From: the human T2T-CHM13v2.0 reference genome, Homo sapiens
Length of the DNA: 64,000 nt
Assembly: GCF_009914755.1 (NCBI RefSeq)
Contig: NC_060944.1
Direction: 5' to 3' (one strand)
The notes beneath the pieces were generated by a model. It worked only from the letters and a program-made list of their open reading frames with translations, searched no databases and had not been told where the DNA came from. The position numbers and the translations under genes were made by a program. Shown piece after piece: positions 14,665 to 29,318 of this stretch; the first letter of the stretch is position 1, and every line of letters starts with the position of its first letter.

Positions 14665-15155
14665 TGCAGACTTTCTTCAGTGGCTACAAATTATTTGACG
14701 GTCTTCCCATAAGTAACTGAGGTATAGATTCCCTAGTAACTACTGTGGCCAGCAGAGGATTGTGGATGTTCTGCTTTGTGTCCAGGGCTACACAGCTTTA
14801 GCCTAGTTCCCTGAGAGGTTATGCTACCTTGTAAGCCATCTGACTGTCCTGAGGTTGTCAGGCTGGGGCCGCCTACAGGTCCCAGTCCACATTCCCAACT
14901 GATCCCAGTGTCTCAACCATTCCAGCCCAGGGCCCAGCCAAGAGAGGGAGGTAGACTTCTTGGAAGTAGACCCTCCAGTCCCAGCTCTTCAAGTCACCCC
15001 CAGCCAGTCCAGTTTTCATGAGGTCTCAGACATCATGAAACAGAAACATGCTATTCCTCCTGGGCCCTGCCTGAATCTGCAGGCATAATAAAATGCTTGT
15101 TGTTTTAGGCCTCTACGTTTGAAAAGGCCATTATGCATAATAGATGGCTGAAATA
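14665..15155 (+). mobile_element. MaLR LTR (MLT1-type) inserted in an L2 end
   Basis: GGCTACAAATTATTTGAC start region; TGTTGTTTTAGGCC 3' region; flanked by L2 (ATTC)n tail at 14617-14640. Confidence 0.6.
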
Positions 15156-16231
15156 AGAACCTACTGTCATTAGGTGCTACTCCAGGCCCTGCAGATAAGC
15201 AATAAGCAAGGTAGCACAGTCCCTCCCTATGTGGGGCTAACACTCTCACTGGGGAAGACAGATAATGAAAACAAACATGGAAGCAGTGACTCAATGCTTT
15301 AGAAAAATAAAACCAGGGACCATGAGAGTGACTGTTGGACAATCTTGGGGAGTGGTAGAATCAAGGAAGGTCTATCTCAGGAGGTGATATTTGGGCTGAA
15401 ACCTTAATAAGAACAGGAGGATCAGACAGAACAGCAAGAACGAAGGTGCTAAGGACGCTGGAGGAGCGGACAGCAGTTGGGGAAAGTGGAGAGTGGTGAG
15501 GAAGGGCCTGAGTGAAATGAGATGAAGCTGGAGAGGCAGGTGGGATACCCTGCAGGGCCTGTGGGCCAGGCAAGGAGGCCTGTACTTTAAAGAGATGGCC
15601 CTGGCTGATGTGTGGGGGATGAGTGAGGGTGGAAGCGGGGACACTGGTAAGGAGCCTCATGTGGTAATCCAGGTCATAGACAGTGGTGGCTGGGACGAGA
15701 AGGTCATAGTGGAGACAGGAAAAAGATGAAGTGACACTGTGTGTTCAGGTGGAGCTGACAGCTCTCATGAATGGATTGACTGCAGAAAGCAAGAGATGGA
15801 GAAGAATCAAGGACAGCTCCTAGGTTTTCCTATGTCTAATAATTTTGGATTGTATTCTAGGCATTGTGGATGCTATTTTGCAGTGACTCTGGATTCTATT
15901 ATATTTCTGAAGAGCACTGATACTTGTTTGCTTACTTGTTTTATAAAGCCATAAACTTGGCTCTCTCTACTCCAGCTGCCAACCCTCCCTCTCAGTCAGC
16001 AAGTTGAACCTCAGCTCAGTTCTTTTAGTCTTGGCTGGGCTATTGGAAGTCTTGCACACACGTACACAGTTGAGGGATCAGCCAGAGATTTGGACAGAGA
16101 AAACACACAGAATTCAGGGCTTCTCCTCACTGGTCCTCACCTTTCTGGGGCTCACCTCTCACTTTCTAGCAGCTGTCATTGCCCAGACTCTAACTTTTGA
16201 CTCTCCAAGCCAGAAAGATGGCAGGTTTTCT

Positions 16232-16517
16232 TTTTTCTTTTCTTTTTTTTTTGGAGATGGAGTTTTGTTCTTGTTGCTCAGGCTGGAAAGCAATGGCGCA
16301 GTCTTGGCTCACTGCAAACTCCGTCTCCTGCCTCAGCCTCCCAAGTAGCTGGGATTACAAGTGCTCACCACCACACCCGGCTAATTTTCAAATTTTTAGT
16401 AGAGACGGGGTTTCGCCATGTTGGCCAGGCTGGTCTTGAACTCCTGACCTCAAGTGGTCTGCTGCCCTCAGCATCTCAAAGTACTGGGATTACAGACATG
16501 AGCCACTGAGCCCAGCC
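16232..16517 (-). mobile_element. Alu (AluS) with short internal deletion
   Basis: TSD GA(T/C)GGCAGGTTTTCT at 16217-16231 and 16518-16532; lacks the GGGTTCAAGCGATT segment. Confidence 0.95.
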
Positions 16518-16704
16518 GACGGCAGGTTTTCTACTGGAATTTTAACCACCCTGCATAGTTCAGGCCGAGAACCGCTTTCAGGCTAAAAGTCATAAAAACA
16601 AAATAGCAACCTCTTTCTATGCCATTCCTTTCTTCCAAGTGCAGAGCCTCCTCCTGTTTCTGCCTGCTTTTGTTCACTCTGTAATGCCTTTGGGCAGTTG
16701 TTAT

Positions 16705-17575
16705 TTTTATTTTGAGATAATTACATAATCACATGCAATTGTAAGAAATAATACAGAGATACTCCCTGTACTGTTTACTCAGTTTCGCCCAGTGGCAACA
16801 TCTTGCCAAACTATAGTACAACATCACCACAGGATACTGACACTGACATAGTCCAGATACAGAACACTTCCATCTCCACAGGGACCCCTCATGTTGCCCT
16901 TATACAGCCACACCCACTTTCCTCCCACATTACTCTTCCTTTAACTCCTTGTAACCACTAATATGTTATCCATTTCTAAAATTTTATTATTTCAAAAATG
17001 TTATATAAATGGAATCATACAGTATGTAACCTTTTGGGGAATTTTTGTTGTTGCTTTTTTCTTAGCATGATTTCCTGGAGATTCATTGAAGTTGCATGTA
17101 TCAATGGTTCTTTCCTTTATTTCATGGTGTGGATGTGCCACAGTTTAACCATTCACTGGATGAAGTCCCTCTGGGCTGATTTCAGCTTTTGGCTACTATA
17201 AACGAAGCTGCTATGAACATTCATGTCCAGGTTTTTGGGTGAGCATAAGTTTTCATTTCTCTGGAATAAATACCTAGGAGTGCAATTGCTGAGTCACATG
17301 GTAGTTGAACGTTTGGTTTTTTAAAGAAATTGCCAAATTATTTTCCAGAGTGGTTGTACCATTGTAAAGACCACCAATCATGAATGAGTGATCCAGTTTC
17401 TTGCATCCTCACCAGCATTTGGTGTTTGTCACTAATTTCTGTTTTAGCCTTTCTGATAGGTGTGTAATGATATCTTCTCATGACTTTAATTTGCATTTGT
17501 CTAATAGCTAAAAATATTGAGCATTTTTTCATGTGCTCATTTGCCATCTGTATATCCTCTTTGTTTAAGTGTCTG
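16705..17575 (-). mobile_element. L1MC 3' fragment
   Basis: CACATGCAATTGTAAGAAATAATACAGAGA...AAACTATAGTACAA; ORF 17338-17547(-) resembles the degenerate L1 ORF2 C-terminus (HMKKCS...QMQIK...RYHYTP). Confidence 0.85.
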
Positions 17576-17830
17576 TTAGTTTCTGAGCTTTGTTTTTGTA
17601 AAGGAAAACAACATATACAATTCTAATAGATATGTATCCTACAAACCTTCACATTTGTAGTCTGTCTGTCTTCTTCCAGTGAGGCTGCCACAGTCAGGAC
17701 ATTTTGCCCTAGGGTTCAGGAGATGATTGTGAGTCTAAATCACCCTCAGGTCAGTGAGGATGGCCAGGAAGAGAGGAAGGAGCAGGAAGACTTTCTCGTG
17801 TCCTTAAGCAGAGGCCTGCGGATAAGATTT

Positions 17831-17833
<3 letters not shown>

Positions 17834-17861
<28 letters not shown>
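17834..17861 (+). repeat. (CT)14 microsatellite
   Basis: Direct reading. Confidence 0.95.
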
Positions 17862-18679
17862 ATGCCATTCCTCATTTTCTGATGGTAAACAGAAGCTCCC
17901 AGCCCAGTTGCCGGTTCCCATCCCTTCAATATCTTCCTTGGGCATCCTTTCCCACAGCCCCTCTCAAAGTCACAAAAGCTGACCCCATTGTATTGCACAT
18001 AGTAGATTATCCATAAATATTTGGGTTTGGTGGATAGAGTTTAGTTGGAATTCCTGGTGTGGTATCACAGAAATCCAGTTGGAGATTGCCTGGTCCAGAG
18101 GCAGAATCTGTCAGAAAGAGTCATTTCTGAGATATATTAAGTCAGTGTGGGAAGGACAGGAGCAAGCCTTGGTCTCAGGCAGCTGGAATCTGCAATCCAA
18201 CCCAGCCACTACTCTCTCTGTTTCTCATCTCTGTCCTCTGCTCATCAGCTTTTATGCTCTGTGACTGCAGATTGCTAATTCCACAATGCAAGGAACATGG
18301 TGCCACCAGCCCTGGAGCCTCCCAGAAAGAGGGCCCGACCCTGTTCCAGTATTTAAAGTCCTGGGGAGAGCAAGGACAGGCTCAGTAGTGGCAAAGGGGT
18401 GAGGCAACACGATGGACAGTTTATCAAATTGTGGGAGTGGGAGAGCAAGAGGTCCTCAAAGTGGGCAGGCCTTGCAGACTCAACCATACCTGTTTGCTCC
18501 GAGTTTACTGCAAACATTGAAGGTTCCAGTGAGACCCTTGGAAGGCACATGAAGCTCACTCTCCCAATCTGGAAAGTCTCCTTGACTCCAGCCCAAATCT
18601 TACCCAAGTTTCGAGGGGCCATTCAGGTCAGCCTCCTCTGTGACCTCCTTCCTGGGGTCTAACTCTCCATGACGTTCTC

Positions 18680-19080
18680 TGTGAGTCAGAATAACACTAT
18701 CTGCTGTAACAAAGAAGCCCCTCCCTTGCAGTGGGTTAACACAATACAAGTATTTTCCTGACTCACTTAAAAGTCTAATGTGTGTGTTTGAAGTTAATCT
18801 GGGGATGGAAATTCTCCTCTGATCTTGTGGCTCCACATTTCCCCATTTCAGAGTCTTCTGCATTTAGCCAGGAAAATGGGGAAAGATAGTGGAGAAGACC
18901 CTTTCTTAACCACCTCACTCCCATTCACATTCTAGTGGTGGGAGCGGGTCACATGGCCATGCAGGGTGCAAGGTGTGATGGGAAATGTAGTTCCTGGTGC
19001 ACAACTGCTTCCCAGCCATGATGTTATACCACATAAGGAGGGATGTATGTTTTGGTGGACTGTTGGCTGACTTGCCACCT
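18680..19080 (-). mobile_element. Old MaLR LTR (MLT1K/L-like)
   Basis: CTGCTGTAACAAA...CAGTGGGTTAACACAATA; GTCACATGGCC; GGGAAATGTAGT. Confidence 0.6.
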
Positions 19081-19320
19081 CACCTCCTGCCCACACAGTC
19101 AGCTATTCATGGACGAGTGCCTCGACCTCTGTCCCTGCTTGCTAGTCTCAGTGTCCAAGACACCTGAGTCTTTGCCTCTTGTTACACCCAGAGACCCAGC
19201 AGGCCAATGGATTCCAGAAAGAAGATGATTGGCTTAACCCAATACCTTTTAAAAACCAAATTGGCAAGCTACGGCCTGCAGGCCAGCTGCTTATTTTTGT
19301 AAATTAGGATTTATTGGAAC

Positions 19321-19540
19321 CAGGGCAAGGATGAGGGTGAGGTGAGTGAGGCAGGATTAGGCCAGTGCAGGATCCAATCCCATCTTTATTTAAAATTTTA
19401 ACATTTTGCTCATTATGGATTATTTTTTGCATTCATTTTGATTTTTTAAAATATTACTAAAAATGTTATTTATCTTGATTACCAAGTTTCTTGGCGCCCC
19501 CTTCAATGCTGCACCAAGGCCTCTTGCCTTACCCAGCCCT
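19321..19540. mobile_element. hAT MITE (MER96B-like)
   Basis: Terminal CAGGGC...GCCCTG; AGGGTGAGGTGAGTGAGGC; AT-rich core. Confidence 0.6.
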
Positions 19541-20129
19541 GGCTTCACCCTCCCATCACGGTTTCCTACTCTGAATGCCTGGCATTTGGAAATGTGCCCA
19601 GCTCTGTCTGAGTGAGGCTGGTGCGGTAAAAAGAGGTTGCTGCTTTATAAGCAAGAGGAGAGCACAGGCCGCCACAGGTGCAGGGCAGGTGTCTGAGGGG
19701 AGGGGCTGGGCCAGAGGCTGCTGAGAAACCCACCATGGGCCTGCTGCTTGTCCTGGAGAAGAATTACTCTCCTATAGCCTCCTTTCACCCAGTCCCTTCA
19801 CCGCGCTTGGCCAGCAGGACCAGAAGGCCTTGGCTGTTTGAGGACTGCGGTGGAAAGGTCCTGGTTGGCTCCTAGGAGGCCTCCCTCCTCCTTCCAAGGC
19901 TCCTGCTGCCTCTGAAGTAGCCAGAGGCCTCACTTATCTCATTTCCTTGGAGTTATGTTGAGTTGAGCTCTGTGAACCTTTCAAATTGAAGTCACATCTC
20001 ACAATTATTTGGTAGAAAAACACAATTGTCACCTATTTGAAGATACAGATTTTTTCCCAGAGCTATCTGGTTTCACTTCGCAGGCCCCAGGTTTCATTCC
20101 TTTTTGCTTTGTAGCTGAATTTGTTTTTG

Positions 20130-20400
20130 TGGTTCTCTCTCTCTCCCTCTTTTTGTCTTTGTCTTTCGCAGTGTGTCTCCTCCTCTCTTAATCTCTCTCC
20201 CAGTCTTTACTCTCCTCTTTCCCTCTTTTTCTTTCTCCCTCCCTCCTTCTCTTCCTCTTCCCTTTCTTTCTCTCATTCTGCATTTCTATCAGCCATAATC
20301 TCTCTCCACCTTCCCGGTCTTTCATCTCTGTCTTGGCCTCTCTCTCCCTCTTGCTCTTTCTCAGTCTCTCTGTCTCTCACTCTCTCTGTCTATCTCTCTT
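20130..20400 (+). repeat. CT-rich low-complexity tract
   Basis: About 270 bp of mostly pyrimidines. Confidence 0.9.
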
Positions 20401-20802
20401 GCTGGGTTTGGGTGGTGCAGACAACAAGGCACCAAGTAGGACCTCAGGGTTCTGTCTCCTCCCACCACCATGATCCCATTTCCTTCCCCTCCCTACAGCA
20501 CTGGGGAGGAAGAAGGAATGTGGTCCTGCAGGATCCAGGCTCTGGCAGTCCTATCTGTGAAGGTCATTGGGAGAAGAGGAAGTGGCAACTTTCTTTAATA
20601 TGAAAAAAAGAATATTTTCCAACCAAACCATACACCTTGTACCCCAAATGAGAACGACCGAAAGCCTTAGAAAACCACAGCCTGCCCTTTCCCCAAGAGA
20701 AAACTAACCATGTTCTATGAGTTAATGGAAGTTGACCTCCACATGCGCTCACCCCATGCCCCTGCAATTCTCTCCTGGACATAATTAAGGGGAAAGCATT
20801 TT

Positions 20803-21102
20803 GGCCGGGCACAGTGGCTCACGCCCATAATCCTAGCTTTGGGAGGCTAAGACATGTAGATCATGTGATCAGAGTTCAAGACCAGCCTGGCCAAGATGGT
20901 GAAACCCCGTCTCTACTAAAAATACAAAAATTAGCCAGGCGCAGTGGCAGGTGCCTGTAATCCCAGTTACTCGAGAGGCTGAGGCAGAAGAATTGCTTGA
21001 ACCCTGGGGGGTGGGGGTTTCAGTGAGCTGAGATCGCACCACTGCAATCCAGCCTGGGCAATAGAGTGAGACTCTGTCTCATAAAAAAAAAAAAAAAAAA
21101 AA
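20803..21102 (+). mobile_element. Alu (AluS)
   Basis: Full dimer; TSD approx GGAAAGCAT. Confidence 0.95.
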
Positions 21103-21234
21103 GGAAAGCATGTCTATGGTTACCAAAAGACATAATCAAGAAGGCTCACAGTGGCATTAGTCACAGTTGCCTCAAATCAGAAACTACTCAAATGTCCATC
21201 AATGATAAAATGAATAAATACATTGAATAAATAT

Positions 21235-21535
<301 letters not shown>

Positions 21536-21861
21536 TAAATGAACAGATAATCCATCTCATTTGATGGAATATTCTCCAGTAATAAGAATAAACAACCTAA
21601 AACTCTACACAAAGACATCGTGATGAGCAAAGGAAGCCAAATACACAGAGAGCACTTGCTGGGTGCTGCCACATTTATAAAGTGCAAAAGGCAAAGTGAA
21701 TCTCTGCTGTCCACTGGCGGCACTGCCTCAGCAGGGCACAGAACAGACAGGGTGTGAGGGGCTGCTGGGGGCTGGGATCACAGTGGTTCTTGACCCGGGT
21801 CCTGGTTACCTAAGTGTGTTCAGTTGGTGAGAATCTGTCAGGCTTTATACTATGGCATACA

Positions 21862-22151
21862 TATGCTTCAGGCTACTTCCAATCATAGTAGAAGGCGAAG
21901 GAGAGCTGGCGTGTGCAGATCACATGGCGAGAGGGGGCAAGAGAGAGGAGGAGGAGGTGCCAGGCTCTTTTCAACAACCAGCTCTCTCTTGGGAACTAAG
22001 AGTGAGAACTCACTCACTCTCACCAAGCCATTCATGAGGGATCTGCACCCATGACCCAATCATCTTCCCCCAGGCCCCAGCTCCAACACTGGGGATCACA
22101 TTTCAACATGAGACTTGGTGGGGCCAAACAACACCAATCCAAACCATAGCA
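21862..22151 (-). mobile_element. MaLR LTR (MSTB-like), partial
   Basis: TTCATGAGGGATCTGCACCCATGACCCAA...CATTTCAACATGAGA...ATCCAAACCATAGCA. Confidence 0.8.
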
Positions 22152-23389
22152 GCTACTGCCTGGCCTCTTGGACTTCATGAGAGGTGAGGAGGTATAAGAA
22201 GGGTGCAGGTCCATCAGGCTCTACAGCAACCCCCAAGCCTCCTGAATGTCCCCCAGGGCAGGGGCAGCCTTCGAAGATGACCCGCCTCCCTGACCTGTCT
22301 CATACCAGAGTAGCTGAGCCACATCCGATGGGGGCACTGTTCTTGTCTCCAGGACTCAAACATTTCCCCAGCCACAGTCTAGCCCAGGCATATGCTGCAA
22401 TGGACTCCAGGCCAGGCCCAGCCAAGGCTGGGTAGGTGAGCCCTGCCCCTCCAGGGAATGGGTCATAGGCCCCTGAGGAGGAGCTGAGACAGGCCAGCTG
22501 TCACCAGCCTGCCAGGGCTGCCATGCTCTGAGGCCAATGGCACTCCTCCGACTGGCTCAGCTCAGCCCTGTTTCTCCATGCCACAGTCCTCACAGCCTCC
22601 GGAGAGGCCAGTAGGTCCCAGAAACTGTACCAGATGCTGCAATACACCCCTCTCCTCACAGCGCTGACATATAAAAAGCAAATGAATAAATAAGACACTG
22701 ACAATTTGTGACAATTTAACAGGATAATAATAGATACACCCCTAATATCTGTAGATGATAGACAAGCGATCCAATGGATGTTACCGGTCCAAAGCCCACA
22801 CCCTTTCTATGCTCCGAACTGTGTCTGAAGGAGCTTTAATACAACCCAAGTTCACAGCCACCTCCCACCACCCTCCCCTCCACGGGTACACATGCCTGTG
22901 TTGCAATCTGCCCATGGGAAAACAGACCCAGAGAAAAAAGCCCTGTGCAGCCCTGGGGGCAGGGCTGGGTGGTCTGGGTCGAGTTAGGGTCCCAGGGCTC
23001 CAGGCTGTGACCAGATGGAGCATGGGCTCTGGGTGAAAATCTCCCATCAGCCCCATTTGTTCCTTCCCTGGGGGGAAGGGAATGGCCGAGAGGGCAGGAG
23101 TAGGGCTCGTGGCTTTAATGGCAGAAATGATTATATTAACTGGGATAGGGACTACCTGGGGGAGGAGAAATGCCAGGTAGGTGCCAGCTATGCAAAGACC
23201 CAGAGGAAGAACATTCCAAGAGGATGAAATGGCAGGTGCCAAGACCCTGAGGCAGGATGGAGTTTATAGAAAGACGGCCAGTGTGGCTGGAGCAGAGTGG
23301 GGTAAGCAGGGAAGATTATGCAGTTCTCAGAGAAATGAAGGTTTTATTTTCAGAGAAGTGGGGACCTACTGGATGGGTTTTGGTTTCTT

Positions 23390-24000
23390 CCATATTGAGG
23401 TATAATTAACACACAATAAAATGCACCAGACTTAAGTGTACAGATCAACACATTTTACATATATATACACCCATGAAGGCACCATCAGAGCAAGACAGAA
23501 CATCTTCAGTCCCCTCAAGGGCTCCCTATGTCCCCTCTTAGTCAAAAGCTCCCTCTAGTATAACCACTGTTCCAGTATCTATCATCGAAGGCTTGCTCTG
23601 CCTGTTTTTGACCTTTGTATAAATGGAAACGTGTGGCTATGTGCTCTCTTACATCTGGTTTCTTTCTCTCAACATAGTATCTGTAAGTCACCCATTTTAC
23701 CACGTGTAGCAGCATGTACATCATGGAAATGTACATGTCATACCTCTTAAGTGCTATGTATATATCCTGTTGTGTGAATATATCCCAACGTATTTATCCA
23801 ATCTCCTGTTGATAGGCAGTTGGGTTGTTCCCAGTTGGGGGCCATAGTGAAAGATGTGGCTATGAATATTCTTGGATAAGTCTGTGGGTGGTCACGGTGC
23901 TGTCTCTGTGGGGTATACAGCCAGGAGTGGAACTGCTAGGTCATAGAGTAGATTTACGGTGACCTTAGTAGATTCTGCTAAAGAGTGTTCCAGAGTGGTT
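23390..24000 (-). mobile_element. L1M fragment inside L2
   Basis: ATTGAGGTATAATTAAC...TTAAGTGTACAG; GGGTTGTTCCCAGTTGGGGGCCAT. Confidence 0.7.
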
Positions 24001-24407
24001 TGAGAATTTGAAGGAGAGTTCCCAGTGGGAAGCTGGTATGACCTGATTTATATTTAGGGAAGATCAGCTTGGCACTTTGTAGAGAAGAGCTGTAAGGGGG
24101 TCAGAGTGGAGGTGAGGAGACCAGCTAGGAGGTGATGGAAGGGTCTGGGTAAGCCATGACGGAGGCACAGCCGTGGTTGGTAGCAATGAAAGGAAGAAAA
24201 GATGTCACCTGCCCTTCAATAGGAAGGACACAGGGATAAGCTCAGTTGTCCACAAGGCCGAGCACAAATTAGTCCTTGAACCCAGGAATTCTAGCATAAC
24301 CCAGCATTCCTCCCCACAGGTCTCTCTTGGGTTCGGGGTCCTGTCTCCTCTCTAAAACTCTTTTAACTATGGGATGGCAGCCCCCAGGGCTCACAGAGCT
24401 GGTATAG

Positions 24408-24797
<390 letters not shown>

Positions 24798-25211
24798 TTT
24801 ACACATTTACTGATAGCCCCTGCTCAGCTCCCAAAATGCTCCATCTCCTTGGCTGCCCCTGTGCTCTCTCTGGGGTTGGGATCCCAGTAGCAAACACTCA
24901 TTGTTTCCTTAAGTGCTGTTCACAGTCTGCACCAAGGGCACGTGCTGCACACTGGGAAGAGAGGCCATATCATGGGCTCTTTTCTGGCACCTGTGAGCAG
25001 CCAGGTGTAGGGTGGGGCAGGGTAGTCCTCCTCTGCCCTCAATGCACAGAGCCTGGGAGTCCAACAACATGTGGGCTTCCTCTAGAGCCTGGTCAAAATC
25101 CTCCTAACATTGGGACCAATCTGGAAATGAACTGCCTTTACTGCTCATTATGTAGTAGTGATGTCTTTCTACGTGGCTTCGTTCTTTCTTATCCTTTGGA
25201 TCCTCTGGAGG

Positions 25212-25735
25212 TGTCAGTGCAGGGTATTACCAGGGCTTTCTATGAAAGGGCCAGAAATCCAGTTCTAACTGGTGTAAACAGCAACACAATAAATGTGTTG
25301 GTTTATATATCCAAGAAGCCCAGGGGTGTTGGCTTCAGGAATAGCAGGCTACAGGTCCTCAAAAATATCAGAAAGCTCCTACTCTCATTTTCATCTCTTC
25401 TTTTATCTCTTTTGGCTACACTTTCAAGCTACTTTTCTCCATGTGATAAAAGGCATGGCCACCAACAGTACAAGCATGTCTTGCCTGCTTATTAATACCG
25501 GTGGAAAGGGAAGGGCTTCTTTCCCAAGCAGTTCCCAGGAGTGGCTTCCCTTAGTCTAACATGGGTTGTGTGCTCAGCCTGAGCCAATCACTGTGGCCAA
25601 GGGCACTGATGTGCTGAGTTGCCACCCGGGAGCCAGAGGGTGCACTAAGAGAGAAGGAGGGGTTCCCCCAAAGGAAACTGGGTACTGTTTCCAGACAAAG
25701 GAGAAGTGGTAAATGAACAGCCCAAAACAGCAGAT
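25212..25735 (-). mobile_element. Old MaLR LTR (MLT1J/K-like)
   Basis: GGCTTCAGGAATAGC; GAGCCAATCACTGTGGCCAAGGG; TTCCCCCAAAGGAAA. Confidence 0.55.
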
Positions 25736-26435
25736 TTTAAAAATTAAAAATAAATAAATAAATAAAAATATGGTGTGAAATGATGTGGCTAGAAAAAAAT
25801 AAAATAAAATAATATCAGGTGGTCTTAAGCTTTCCTTTCAGGAAAGTTGCTGATAAATCATTCGAGGCAGCCTAAGAAGAATGGATGGATCAATAAATAA
25901 ACAGATGAAAAAGGGAACAAATATTTATGGGTCACAATATTTTAAGTTACTTGAGAGCCAGAGGGATGCATTTTCCAGGGCCTAGCCCAGGGCTTGGCAC
26001 GGTATTAGATCCAGGGCAACTAATGCCTGCCATTCACATGGAAGACATGATCAGGAGATAGCTGTTCTCTTCCCTGCTGAGTCCAGACCAGCCTCAGAAT
26101 CCTTCTCAACACAGCACTCCAGATGAAACTAACTGCCATCCTTTTCAAACGCATCACCTCCCCTCAGAACCTGCCCCAGTCCCCTAGAAAGTGCTCAACA
26201 AAAGCTTATTGACATGGACAAGGTATCCACTGTGGTCCACACCCTGTGACAGGCACATTTGAACACCATCAGCTTTCTAATGGAAAGCTATCTGCCGCTG
26301 CATCCCTTTCTCTGGCAATCTTACCTTTGCCTAAGCTCTGATAAGTGTTGACAGCATCTGTTTCAAGAGTGGGTTTGCACACGTTTAAAATGGCAACTGT
26401 CTCTGTACCCTCAGAGTCCCAGGGAAGACCTTACA

Positions 26436-26640
26436 GCCATGGTGTGGTGGTACCTGTGCAACAACCAGCTCTCAAAAAAAAAAAGTCCTATTTATAGCAT
26501 CTGCCAATTTCCATGATATACAGGTTCCTACCGTGGTCAGTTTCAAACTATCAACCTGATCTCGATAAAAGCAGAGTTGAGAAAAGATGCACGTAATTGG
26601 CTCTTGAGACCTGACATGAGCTGGCTCCAGCACAACACAG
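26436..26640 (+). mobile_element. MER63A hAT MITE
   Basis: GGTGTGGTGGTA...ACAACCAGCTCTC...TTGGCTCTTGAGA...GCTGGCTCCAGCACAACACAG. Confidence 0.75.
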
Positions 26641-27019
26641 CCTTCAAGTACATTTTGTTTCCCATGTGACTCTAGAACCACATCAGAATTTTCTTCAAGG
26701 TTGTTTTACCAACAGTCACTCAAGAACACTTGCTGACAATCCAAGACAGAGACCTAAATTCTCTTCTAGAACTTAGAGCCACTTCTAAAATCAAGATTAA
26801 TGCTACTTTAGGCTCTAGAGTGAAATGTGCATGAAGAGATGTCACCTGACAGTGTAAAATTTATTCCCAGGTATTGCCTGCCTTCAGCACGCCACTCGGT
26901 TCCGCTCTTATTCTGTTGTGCACATTCAATCCACTCATTGACAATAACAACTTTCAAAGCTTTCCCTCAAAATTTTATTACATAAAATGTTTGGCATTTA
27001 TAAAAATAGTATATGACTA

Positions 27020-27324
<305 letters not shown>

Positions 27325-27614
27325 AAAAATAGTATATGACTATTGTGACCCAATTTAATTCTTATCAATCCATGACCAATCTTTCCGTATCTATACTTGA
27401 CCCACTTTTCACCTCCTATATTACCTTGAAACAAATCCCAAACATCATTTCATCTGTAAAGATTTCACTAAAAAGCAATAATATTTTAATCTGGAAAACT
27501 CATATAAACTGAGGTATTTTGCAACTTTTCAGTATAATAAAAAAAGAAAAAAGTAAGCTGAGGTATAATCAACTGAGGAGGAGTAAATTGTCAGCTCTCT
27601 CTGACTTCATGGAA

Positions 27615-28178
<564 letters not shown>

Positions 28179-28199
28179 CTATAAAAATCCTATGGAGGC

Positions 28200-28540
28200 C
28201 AACCCAACAGCTTCTCTCCCCAGCTTTAAGCAGGGCTGATTGGAGACTCAACCCCCTACTCCCTCCCAAGACACCTCTGGCCAATGAGGAATGGATGTTG
28301 GTGGGATAAATACTCCAGCTTCCTTGCCCCTCAGGTGGGCTGCTGTGAAGCATGTCCCTGCCATCTCCCAAGGCCCCTACAGTGTTGAGTTCTGCTTGTC
28401 CACGGTGCTAACTACCCATCAATACTCTGAACAGGTTTGTCTCCCTTCCCCGCTCCCCAGGGGGGCTTCCAGAAATGCGTTTCCAAACAATCTTCTGAAC
28501 TCCATCTTTCTCTACTTCTGGGAGAATTCAACCCAAGATC
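28200..28540 (+). mobile_element. ERVL solo LTR (LTR16-like)
   Basis: GGCCAATG...GGGATAAATACTCCAGCTTCCTTGCCCCTC. Confidence 0.6.
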
Positions 28541-29179
28541 TGGTCCACCAGCTCTCAGCCCAAGTCCTCCCAGTTACCAGCTCTACCCCCGGCGGGGCAT
28601 GTTCATCCGGAGTGCTGCTGTGACCCAGTCATTGTGCAAGGGCGCCGTGCTGCAAAGATCAAAGAAGCCTCTGCATTCTGGAAAATATTGGGTCAAATAG
28701 CATGTCATTTTAGAAAAGCTCTCAAGTATGGCATTTCCTGAGCACTGCAATTACAGCCTCTTTCTATGTTGGCTTTAAATGCCCGTGTAAGCAGCTATTT
28801 ACTCTCTGGCTCGGGGCACCACTAAAGGGCTCTTGCTCGCTCTAAATATATCATGACAAACTCATAACCCTCAGGCTGCCCGAATGTACATTTGTGAGAG
28901 TCGGCCACCGTGCTTGTGGTTGAGTGCGTCCACATACAACCGTGCCCTGAGTGCAGTTCAAAGCTAAGCAGAGCCTCTTCCCTACTTTCCCCTTCGCCGC
29001 TCCCCTCCCCAGGAGAAGCCATGAGGAATTTCTCTGAAGAGAAAAAAGCGACAGGACTTTGAGATTCACTGTTAGACTGGCTCCAAGGGCAGGAGCTTCC
29101 TAGAGTTTAACAATAGGCCTGGCACTTAAAATATGTGCCAATAAATATTTGTCAAATTCTGAACCACGTTGGTGGCTTG

Positions 29180-29318
29180 CTTTCCCTCCCTCCCTTCCTC
29201 CTCCCTTTTCTTTCTTTTTTTTTCTTTCCCTTCCTTCCTTCTTTTTCTCTTTCTTCCTTCCTGTCTTTCTTCCCTTCTCTTTGCCTTCCCTCCTTCCTTC
29301 CTTTCTTTCCCTCCTTTC
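29180..29318 (+). repeat. (TTCC/TTTC)-rich polypyrimidine tract
   Basis: Direct reading. Confidence 0.9.

Noticed and set aside
26883-26900. TTCAGCAC REST-like start
   Set aside because: Right half-site GGACAG is absent.
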